Shown: one piece after another, positions 51,921-64,000 of the stretch
How the letters are laid out: the number at the start of each line of letters is the position of its first letter
Numbering within the stretch: position 1 is the stretch's first letter
Origin: Octopus vulgaris
Lineage: Eukaryota
DNA: 64,000 nucleotides
Assembly (NCBI GenBank): GCA_951406725.2
Contig: OX597824.1
Coordinates: forward strand, 38,254,001-38,318,000
Reading direction: 5' to 3'
Translations under genes and position numbers: made by a program
Notes under the pieces: model-generated
The model's input: only the letters and a program-made list of their open reading frames with translations
Told to the model about the DNA's origin: nothing
The model's database searches: none

Positions 51921-52559
51921 TTGTGACAGAAGTGGAAGAAAGAGTGAGAGAAAGTTGTGGTGAAAGAGTACAGCGGGGTTCACCACTACCCCCACCGGAA
52001 CCTCGTGGAGTTTAGGTGTTTCTGCTCAATAAACACCCACAATGCCCGGTCTGTGAATCGAAACCGCGTTCTTACGACCGCAAGTCCGCTGCCCTAACCA
52101 CTGGGCCATTGTGCCTCCACTGTTGCTGCTGTTGTTCTCGTTGTCGACACTGAAAATTTCACGTTCCTCAGAGACGAAACATTTTCCGCCTCGGTGACGT
52201 CATTAAGTTTAGGCCATTCGATATTCCTATTCTCAATTCTTTCCTCGTTCCCAATTTCTCTCGACAAGGAACGTGCTCCTTTGTCGAACATTATGATTGC
52301 TTCTTAATCAGCCATCTTTAAATAATTACAGAAAAATTGCAAAATATTTGTTTTTGTTGAAAGCAGTTAAAATTAAAAAATTATTGGAGCGCAACTCCTG
52401 CAAAACAGGGTGTGTTTCTTCACGAAAATACTATCTGCGCAGTCAGTAATTCTCAGAAATGTAATGGTAACAATAGCAATGAAAAGACGGCGCCTTAGCT
52501 GGCCGAAAAGATTACAAACACTGGAGCACCAAATTTCCGTGACTTCACAGTATGGCGGG

Positions 52560-52560
<1 letters not shown>

Positions 52561-52631
<71 letters not shown>

Positions 52632-52723
52632 AACTAATAATAATAATAATAATAATAAAGATGATGATGATGATCACTCCCGCTGATTTTGACGTATGAG
52701 TGTTTGAAAGAGAGGATATAAAG

Positions 52724-52791
<68 letters not shown>

Positions 52792-52818
52792 GTATATATA
52801 ATATATGTATATATATAC

Positions 52819-52890
<72 letters not shown>

Positions 52891-53953
52891 CAAAAAACAA
52901 CTTTAGAGATAGCAGCCGCATATATTTGTGATGGATGTGTGAATGTAATTTGAGGCCAGGTATGGATTTTGTTACGAGTCACAATGTGGATACTGATGAT
53001 TTTTATTCTGTCTGGGATTGGGCAAATGTTCTGTTTCTTCCATTCAAATTTGTTTTGATGCATCATGACACACTTTACGCTATGCAGATCGAGCTAAGAA
53101 ATAACTTTCTCAAGATGTTAAAGTGAGCTGTAGAGACTTTAGTGATTGCTTCAAATTATCCTCACATCTAAGGACGGGTCTTTCTTTACCTCGGCATACG
53201 TCTTACTTGTTGGCCATAGAGAAGAATTTTCGGAATGAGGTCATCTTTCATTCGAATAACATGTCCTACCCATTTGAACTGAATTCTCAGCTGCGCGATT
53301 TTAATACTGGAGATATCACATTTTTCTAAGATTTTGACATTTGTTAGCTTATCTTGCTATTTTATGTTGCAGCTATTATGAAGAAAGCGCATATGAAACG
53401 TTTCAAGTTTCTTTATATGCTGTGGTTGGCAGCTTCTGCTTCTGCCCCATACAAGAATTGTATAAACTTAATTTAGTTTTCAAATTGACATCCTGTTGAT
53501 CCCACAAACGATGGCAAAGTTTTCCAAAAGCATCTTTAGCTTAGATATTCTAACATTGATTTTGTCATCAAGAGTACTCCTAACGTTTACTGTATTTCCA
53601 AGATATTTAAATGACCTGTTGACTGTTTCCCGAATTTCTTCAAACGTATGTGCCGGTGGCACGTAAAAAGCACCATCCGATCGTGGCCGTTTTGCCAGCC
53701 TCGTCTGGCACCTGTGCCTGTGGCACGTATAAAGCACCCACTACACTCATGGAGTGGTTGGCGTTAGGAAGGGCATCCAGCCGTAGACTGGGCCTGATGC
53801 AGCCTTCTGGCTTCCCAGACCCCAGTTGCACCGTCCAACCCATGCCAGCATGGAAAGCGGACGCTAAACGATGATGATGATGATGATGATGTATGAGAAA
53901 TCAAGCGCAATCACCAGCAAACAGAAAGCCTCGTAGAATCTCTCGTAGAATCT

Positions 53954-54017
<64 letters not shown>

Positions 54018-54020
54018 AAC

Positions 54021-54051
<31 letters not shown>

Positions 54052-54141
54052 GATGATGATGATGATCACTCCCGCTGATTTTGACGTATGAGTGTTTGAA
54101 AGAGAGGATATAAAGTAATATATATATATATATATATATAC

Positions 54142-54191
<50 letters not shown>

Positions 54192-54219
54192 GTATATATA
54201 ATATATGTATATATATACG

Positions 54220-54270
<51 letters not shown>

Positions 54271-55333
54271 CAAAAAACAACTTTAGAGATAGCAGCCGCA
54301 TATATTTGTGATGGATGTGTGAATGTAATTTGAGGCCAGGTATGGATTTTGTTACGAGTCACAATGTGGATACTGATGATTTTTATTCTGTCTGGGATTG
54401 GGCAAATGTTCTGTTTCTTCCATTCAAATTTGTTTTGATGCATCATGACACACTTTACGCTATGCAGATCGAGCTAAGAAATAACTTTCTCAAGATGTTA
54501 AAGTGAGCTGTAGAGACTTTAGTGATTGCTTCAAATTATCCTCACATCTAAGGACGGGTCTTTCTTTACCTCGGCATACGTCTTACTTGTTGGCCATAGA
54601 GAAGAATTTTCGGAATGAGGTCATCTTTCATTCGAATAACATGTCCTACCCATTTGAACTGAATTCTCAGCTGCGCGATTTTAATACTGGAGATATCACA
54701 TTTTTCTAAGATTTTGACATTTGTTAGCTTATCTTGCTATTTTATGTTGCAGCTATTATGAAGAAAGCGCATATGAAACGTTTCAAGTTTCTTTATATGC
54801 TGTGGTTGGCAGCTTCTGCTTCTGCCCCATACAAGAATTGTATAAACTTAATTTAGTTTTCAAATTGACATCCTGTTGATCCCACAAACGATGGCAAAGT
54901 TTTCCAAAAGCATCTTTAGCTTAGATATTCTAACATTGATTTTGTCATCAAGAGTACTCCTAACGTTTACTGTATTTCCAAGATATTTAAATGACCTGTT
55001 GACTGTTTCCCGAATTTCTTCAAACGTATGTGCCGGTGGCACGTAAAAAGCACCATCCGATCGTGGCCGTTTTGCCAGCCTCGTCTGGCACCTGTGCCTG
55101 TGGCACGTATAAAGCACCCACTACACTCATGGAGTGGTTGGCGTTAGGAAGGGCATCCAGCCGTAGACTGGGCCTGATGCAGCCTTCTGGCTTCCCAGAC
55201 CCCAGTTGCACCGTCCAACCCATGCCAGCATGGAAAGCGGACGCTAAACGATGATGATGATGATGATGATGTATGAGAAATCAAGCGCAATCACCAGCAA
55301 ACAGAAAGCCTCGTAGAATCTCTCGTAGAATCT

Positions 55334-55394
<61 letters not shown>

Positions 55395-55397
55395 AAC

Positions 55398-55428
<31 letters not shown>

Positions 55429-55492
55429 GATGATGATGATGATCACTCCCGCTGATTTTGACGTATGAGTGTTTGAAAGAGAGGATATAAAG

Positions 55493-55568
<76 letters not shown>

Positions 55569-55595
55569 GTATATATAATATATGTATATATATAC

Positions 55596-55644
<49 letters not shown>

Positions 55645-56700
55645 AGGCAAAAAACAACTTTAGAGATAGCAGCCGCATATATTTGTGATGGATGTGTGAA
55701 TGTAATTTGAGGCCAGGTATGGATTTTGTTACGAGTCACAATGTGGATACTGATGATTTTTATTCTGTCTGGGATTGGGCAAATGTTCTGTTTCTTCCAT
55801 TCAAATTTGTTTTGATGCATCATGACACACTTTACGCTATGCAGATCGAGCTAAGAAATAACTTTCTCAAGATGTTAAAGTGAGCTGTAGAGACTTTAGT
55901 GATTGCTTCAAATTATCCTCACATCTAAGGACGGGTCTTTCTTTACCTCGGCATACGTCTTACTTGTTGGCCATAGAGAAGAATTTTCGGAATGAGGTCA
56001 TCTTTCATTCGAATAACATGTCCTACCCATTTGAACTGAATTCTCAGCTGCGCGATTTTAATACTGGAGATATCACATTTTTCTAAGATTTTGACATTTG
56101 TTAGCTTATCTTGCTATTTTATGTTGCAGCTATTATGAAGAAAGCGCATATGAAACGTTTCAAGTTTCTTTATATGCTGTGGTTGGCAGCTTCTGCTTCT
56201 GCCCCATACAAGAATTGTATAAACTTAATTTAGTTTTCAAATTGACATCCTGTTGATCCCACAAACGATGGCAAAGTTTTCCAAAAGCATCTTTAGCTTA
56301 GATATTCTAACATTGATTTTGTCATCAAGAGTACTCCTAACGTTTACTGTATTTCCAAGATATTTAAATGACCTGTTGACTGTTTCCCGAATTTCTTCAA
56401 ACGTATGTGCCGGTGGCACGTAAAAAGCACCATCCGATCGTGGCCGTTTTGCCAGCCTCGTCTGGCACCTGTGCCTGTGGCACGTATAAAGCACCCACTA
56501 CACTCATGGAGTGGTTGGCGTTAGGAAGGGCATCCAGCCGTAGACTGGGCCTGATGCAGCCTTCTGGCTTCCCAGACCCCAGTTGCACCGTCCAACCCAT
56601 GCCAGCATGGAAAGCGGACGCTAAACGATGATGATGATGATGATGATGTATGAGAAATCAAGCGCAATCACCAGCAAACAGAAAGCCTCGTAGAATCTCT
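52561..56700. repeat. tandem triplication of a 1.38-kb segment
   Basis: Identical ORFs at 52935, 54315 and 55692 (periods 1380 and 1377); visible differences are confined to microsatellites. Confidence 0.98.
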
Positions 56701-57890
56701 TTCTTGTTTTTTTTTTCTTTGACCTGAAACTTTGCCCTCTTAGGTTTAGTGGACCCCCTTCTATGCAAAACAGGAATTTTACACCTTCATGATATCCCCT
56801 CACAGCATGTTAGAGCATCATTGGAAAGAACATGGAAAAACGTACAGGAGCTAAAACACACCCGTGTTTGGTTCCAGTGGTAACAGAAAATGTCCCCGAA
56901 TATTGACTGCTAGATATCGCTGTTGCCATCATTTCATTGTACAGAGATACTATTACCCTTATCATTTTATTACGAAGACCATCTTTTGACAAAATTTTCT
57001 AGAGCGTCTCACGCTTCACGGTATCAAAGGCCTTAGTCAAGTCGGCAAAAATCGTGTAAAAGTTTGTATTTTGCGCACGTTCTTTTCCTTAAGCTTGCCG
57101 AAGAGCAGAAATTACGTCAACTGTGCCTCTCCCAGCCAGAAATCCACACTGGGATGTGGTATATATGCTGTTTACTACATATATATTAATGCAGTTAAGG
57201 ATCACCCTCGCAAGAATTTTTCCAGTTATGCACAATTAACTTTTTACCCTGTGATTATCACATACACTCTTCTTCCCCTTGCTTTTGTACAAGTGCGTTG
57301 TAGATACGTGTTTGAACTGTTGGGGGAAGAGATCCAGTTTCCCTGATGAAACAGATTAATTTGCGGAGTTTTCTTACAAGTTGTTTGCCGCTATGCTTGT
57401 ACTCTTCTATGGGAATATCATCTTGTCCAGGAGCTTTACTATTGGAAAGTTTTGTAATAGCAGTACTTATCTCTTTCAAGGAAGAATCTTCCGCAATGTC
57501 CTCAATTTTAGGCTTCTGAAGGATTTCATTCATTTCTTCAGGATCGGTAGTGAATTCTTGATTTAATACAAATTTAAAATGTTCAGCCTATCTTCTCAAA
57601 TTTCATCTTAGCTTTAACCCGTCGTTAGAAAGAATTGGTCCCGTACCAACCTTTTTTTGGACTAAATACACATTTCACATTGTCATACAATGCTTTCAGG
57701 TTGTGAGAGTTAATAGCCTGTTCCAATTCTTGAGATGTTTTGTCCACCATGCGCTTTTCGTCTCACGCAGTTTTTCCTGAGTAGTTTTCTTAGAGGAGAT
57801 ATATAAGGATCTGAGTGATGGTAAGTTTTTGTTTGAGATCAATGTCTTGTGTATACTTTCTATGAGAGGTCTGATTCGAGAATCATTTTC
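55650..57890 (-). mobile_element. RTE (BovB-like) LINE remnant interrupted by a SINE (about 56407-56648); 3' part triplicated
   Basis: KLSNSKAPGQDDIP, DLTKAFDTV, GTKHGCVLAP..FSMFF, FKYLG. Confidence 0.85.
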
Positions 57891-57944
57891 AGCGAATAAA
57901 TCTTGAAGCTAATAATAACAACATCACTAATAATAATAATAATG

Positions 57945-58012
<68 letters not shown>

Positions 58013-58599
58013 GATGATGATGATGATAATAAAAAATAATAGTAATAATAATAATGATGATGCAGTACTAAACTGGCTCTCATGGCTTCTGATCGTAACT
58101 GACTGGATATGTTATCATGTACATTGTTTTATCTTGTTGTAAAAGATTGGCTACAGCAGATATTATGCTCAATACCAGATATTTACTAGTCAGTTGTTTG
58201 ACCATAACTAGTTGAGCATGTCCCTTAATGGCTGACGATATGTGCATCTCTGATCAAGAGCAGTAGTAGTGAGGGGGAGCATCATAGCCATATGCCGAGA
58301 GGAATTCTTTGGGGGCTTGGATAATTCACTCTTGGAAACATAGGTGGTACGTTCAACATCCTCAAACAACCCATATTCAGGGACATTTTGAGCGGGATGG
58401 GTTACTCAACCTGAAGAAAATTCTAACTGGGCTCCACCTGCAAGGTCATGCACTGTTTAGCTTAATATGAGATCACCAGGTCGTGCGCATGTGGTTGTGA
58501 TACATGTGCCGGGCTTCGTATATTTTACCCCAGTGTCACTTTGATTGCATGCACTGTTCTCTCACTCAGTGATAATAATGATAATAATAATGATCACTA

Positions 58600-59512
<913 letters not shown>

Positions 59513-60872
59513 AAGAAGGACAACAATAACAACAGTAGTTGTACAAGGACAAAAAATGTCAGACTTTGAATACCGTAGCAGGGTTAAAGCACTGTATCAT
59601 TACACAGATATAGTTGTTAGATTTAACAAAGTTCTCAGAAAAACGAACTGACTGGGAGAATTTTGCGAAACGAGACAGTGTCTCATTCATCTAGTGTCTA
59701 TTTCAAGAGGGGACAAAGAGAAAAATATTTGTGCTTTACAATGGCTGACAGGGATTTATGCCACCCTTGCTGTCATTAAATGAAAGAAGCACTCCAAGAA
59801 ATATCGGGAGAAATTTTATCGACTGGGGCGTGTTAGGCTTAAAGTACTGTCTGTTGTACATTTAGAACCGATGACTCAACCAAAATACAGGCTGAAATAG
59901 TCACATCGCCATCCATACATCAATTCTTCAGTTTCTGGGTGAGAAATATACAAGGATGGCCGTCAGAGACATTGGAAAAGATGTGGACTTGTGATTGTTT
60001 ATTACCCTTGTATCATAACATGGATGGCTAGTTAGTAGCGAGGTAACGAGAGGCATCATATCATCGGGAGTGTCAGGGTGAATTTGCAAGTCTTAATGAC
60101 AGGCCAAAAGCCACAAGGCGACACCAGAGCTTTGCCTAGTTGAACGCATTGAGACAAATGACATGAAGATAATAGTGCTGGAGAAAAGGCTTGGTAGTAA
60201 AATCAGTTGAAAGCTTTTGCCCTGAAAATCTGGAAGAATTACAAGAACGGAGGAGAGTGTAAAGCAATATCGAGTATCTGAGTATCAATAAAAGGTCTGG
60301 AAATGGTGAATATGATCTCCGTGAGTCCGATCCTGGAAATAAGGGACCAGGCATCCTGTACCCTGACTACAGCAACTAGCACCACGATTCTGTGGTCATG
60401 TGGTGAGGAAGAAATAATGGCAGCTGAGGAAAGTTCCCAAAACGATGACGGCGGCGGCGGTGGTGGTGGTAGGGGAGGTTGATGCAAAAGGAAAAAAAGA
60501 TATAAGAAAGAGAGATGAACAGCAAGAGATAATATTTTTTAAAAAGGCGAGGAAGAGTATTATCCTGAAAATAATAATACAGTAAACCCCTCGCTCAGAA
60601 CTATTACGATAGCAAAGATGAAAAGGAAGATAAAATGAAATTCAAGTCCTCCCACAAGAGTAGCCAGTGCCTGACTGAAACAATGATAAATTCATGTTTC
60701 TGCTGGCGTTACTTGAGCGAACAAGAATTGGGAGGCAGAATATAAGAAACATGCTATAAATAGAATCCAGTGTAAACATTAGATTTTATTATGATATATT
60801 AAAAGAAGTGTTTCTTAAGGATGCGGATTACTTCCTTGATCAACCCACGTAGAAAGTGTTTAACGGATACCT

Positions 60873-60942
60873 GTGGGCGGATAAAACTATAAAACAAGAA
60901 ACGGTGGGCGGAAAAGACTATAAAACAAGAAACGGTGGGCGG
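60873..60942 (+). repeat. 31-bp tandem repeat, 2.3 copies
   Basis: GTGGGCGG at 60873, 60904 and 60935. Confidence 0.9.
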
Positions 60943-61149
60943 ACAGAGACGGTGGGGTGATCTGATTCGATCCAGTGTTTTTTCTATTCGTGTAATTGCT
61001 TGTACGTTTTTATAAATTTTAATTTTCTCCCTACTCTATCTGAGTAATACAGTTCGCCATTCCCCTCTGTCTAACCCCAACATATTTATATGCTTCGTGT
61101 TTAATGTACATTGTTTTATTACCTTATTCCGAACCCTTTGCAACTAACA

Positions 61150-62020
61150 ACCAATAGCTGACTCGAATCGAACGGATCCGGCTATCACCCGAATCCATAT
61201 CGTTGGTTACCCCACTACCCATCTTCAACTGGGTAAAGAAAGCAGTTTCTATCTCGTGGCTATAGTGAAGGGAGTTTCGTGGTGGACGAGATTGAAAGGT
61301 CTAAGAAAAGACTTCATCCTCTTTAGTCGAATCCTCATCGACTTTTTAATGTTTTGCTTGTAAAGAAAGGTGAGGTAGAAAGAGAGGTACTGTCCCTGAT
61401 TGAATTCAGTGAAAGGTGTGCAAGAGTGGTAAAAATGGTAAGATTGAATGGAACCTCTCTTAGTTTACATTTGTAGTTCAGAGAACGATAGTCGGCGGGA
61501 GTACTTACCCTGGGTGTTCAAGGTGATTTTGAGTCAGTGGGATTCTTTGACTGGCCCTAGATTAGTATTAGGAGGATTAGTATTTGTCCATCAGTATTTG
61601 GAGGACTGCCTCGTCATTATTATTTATTATTTATTATCTGTGTTGCTCCCTTTTTACTCATTGGATATTCTATGCAAAACCTTATACTTTGCGTTTGTGT
61701 TTGTAACTGCCCTTCCACCATCCGTCGGCAGAGACCCTGCAATCGATCGGGTTCATTGTGAACTTCGCTTCAGCATTTCTGAAAAAGCCGAGCAGGCAGT
61801 TTTTCCTTTACGTAGTGGACATGGCGAAAGAGGTCGTATATTGAACGAAGTCGAAAAGGAAAATCTTAAAGAGAGATACTTGCCGAATTAACCTTTTAAG
61901 CTTCACCTGGAAAAGAAAGTGAGGTTAGAGAGAGAAATGCTCGTCTCTAGTGAATTTGTCAAAGAGATGAGTGATTGTGACGAAAATGGTTAGGCTGAAT
62001 GGAACTATTCTAAGTTAGAA
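61150..62020 (+). mobile_element. two Tx1/L1-like LINE 3'-end fragments in tandem
   Basis: WWTRLKG...RKVR.EREVLS..EF...KMVRLNGT occurs at about 61280-61470 and again at about 61820-62010. Confidence 0.6.
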
Positions 62021-63309
62021 GAGGGTGCGTGCCCTCACTGATTACGGTGATTATGGATCTGTCAGGACTCTTGAATACTTATGCTGGCAGAATCATTAGT
62101 GCATCGGAAAGTAATGCTATGTGACATTCGCTCCAGCACTTTAGATTCTGAGTTCAAATCCTGCCGAGATTAGCTTTGCTTTTCATTCCGCTGAGGTTCG
62201 ATAAAATAAAGTACCTATCAAACTCTGGGATTGATGGTACCTTCTGAACCCTCTCCTCAAATTTACTGGCCTTGTGCCATTATTATATGGTTTGGAACAA
62301 AAATGTGGGAAAATGCCTGGTGTTGTTTCGCCTTACACCTTACGTTCTGAAGTGAAAACCCTCCAGGATCGTTAAAGTCGAGTACTTGTAATGTACTGGT
62401 TTGATACAATCGAGTATTCCTCTCTTGATAAAATATTTGGCTTTGTGCCTATAATAGCTGCTAAGAAAGAGGACTGGCAGAATCTGTTGACCGTTAGACA
62501 AGATTTTACCACATGCATTCCGATTTCAAATCCCGTGGGCACCAACTTTGCATTTCATATTCCCAGGGGCGATAGAAGTAATTAGTAATAACGTTTTAAA
62601 ATCGTTTAAATCGACTTCCGCCCCTTCTGAGGAACACACATATTTCTTCATTGTCTGAGTAACGATTGCATGCAGTTTATGTTGATGTAGAATTTGAGTG
62701 GGTGTAGAAACTATATTTGGATCATGATGCTCATTCTCATCAGTATTTCGAGGAAACTAACACAATTGGCCATTTATAAATATAATTTCGCTTAATTATA
62801 TCATAGTTCGTGATAGTGGCGTCTTAAAGCTTGTTAAGTTTGTTATCTGAAACAATAATGTCATTTATAAGAAACACACACTGCCCACACTCACGCAAAC
62901 ACTCACACACAAACACACAATCATACAGAGACACACCATCACATCACAATTTCACACACAAATCAACACGCACGCACGCACGAACGCACACACACATGTA
63001 TATACATATATGTGCATGTATGTGTAGGTGTTTTTGTAAAGTATGCACAAGCAAACACGCATACACGCATACACGCACACGCATATACATATGTGCACAC
63101 ACGTATATGTATGTGTGTTTTGTTCACTGTGAACCGTTTTTATGTTATCTTGTCGTGATTTTGACCTTGTCTTTCCTAGAAATTGTAGTTGTTAGAGGGT
63201 TAAACTGTCTTTCAATTTCATTTGAAGAGTTCTTAGATTCTGGAAGTATTCTTGTATATATTATGCCAAATACTGATACTGTGTAATTATCGAGATTCTA
63301 ATTCTTATT

Positions 63310-63732
63310 CCATTACTGCCCAGAAGGGGCTACACAGAGAGGGGACAAACAAGGACAGACAAACGGATTAAGTCGATTATATCGATCCCAGTGCGTAACT
63401 GGTACTTATTTAATCGATACCGAAAGGATGAAAGGCAAAGTCGACCTCGGCGGAATTTGAACTCGGAACGTATAGCGGTAAACAAAATACCTATTTCTAT
63501 TTCTCTACTACCCACAAGGGGCGAAACATAGAGGGGACAAACAAGGACAGACGAACGGATTAAGTCGATTACATCGACCCCAGTGCGTAACTGGTACTTA
63601 ATTTATCGACCCCGAAAGGATGAAAGGCAAATTCGACCTCGGCGGAATTTGAACTCAGAACGTATAGCGGCAGACGAAATACCGCAAAGAATTTCGCCCG
63701 GCGCGCTAACGTTTCTGCCAGATCGCCGCCTT
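63310..63732 (-). mobile_element. tandem dimer of Nin-domain-like SINE
   Basis: Same internal junction (AAATAC|CTATTTC) as the 37203 dimer. Confidence 0.85.
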
Positions 63733-63817
63733 AATTCTGATTCTAATTCTGGTGAAGATGAGACTTGTATAGGGAATTTATTTGACTTATAAAAGTTTTG
63801 TTACACCTACACACACA

Positions 63818-64000
63818 GGCGTTGGCGTGGCTGTGAGGCAAGAAGCTTGCTTCTCAACCACATGGTTCCGAGTTCAGTCCCACGGAAATTGTGTGTCTTT
63901 GTGTACGTGTTTGTCTCCTACCATTGCTTGCCACCCGATGTTTACGGCCCCATAACTTAGAGGTTCGGCAAAAGAGACCGATGGAATGAGTACAAGGCTT
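63818..64000 (+). mobile_element. CORE-type SINE, internally deleted, running off the window
   Basis: GGCGTGGCTGTG...GAGTTCAGTCCCAC head joined directly to the tail segment. Confidence 0.7.

Noticed and set aside
59520-60800. Possible further LINE or GIY-YIG remnants
   Set aside because: Coding-like composition but no motif I can identify with confidence.
61448-61891. 147-aa ORF as a host gene
   Set aside because: It spans a LINE 3'UTR and an out-of-frame second LINE fragment, with no recognisable domain.

Overview
Eukaryotic, AT-rich, repeat-saturated DNA with no intact host protein-coding gene that I can support. The SINE families, the microsatellite load and the LINE set suggest an Octopus or other coleoid cephalopod genome (inference). 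Most ORFs in the track are microsatellite read-throughs. The real coding remnants are all transposon fossils: R4/Dong-clade LINEs, RTE, CR1 and Tx1/L1-like LINEs, and four IS630-Tc1-mariner types (DD37D, DD40D/41D, mariner, and a near-complete 1.63 kb IR/DR Tc1 with TA target duplication). There is also a near-identical 1.38 kb tandem triplication. The main unannotated signal is at least eight sequence-distinct small repeat families (about 15 motifs) carrying minimal type I hammerhead-ribozyme folds with palindromic helix III. Most sit inside (TA)n tracts, often as partial tandems or inverted pairs, which resembles Penelope-like pLTR or retrozyme elements. They include a U3-A8 compensatory core and a family with a fixed U at core position 6. 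All folds were done by eye and no activity is demonstrated.
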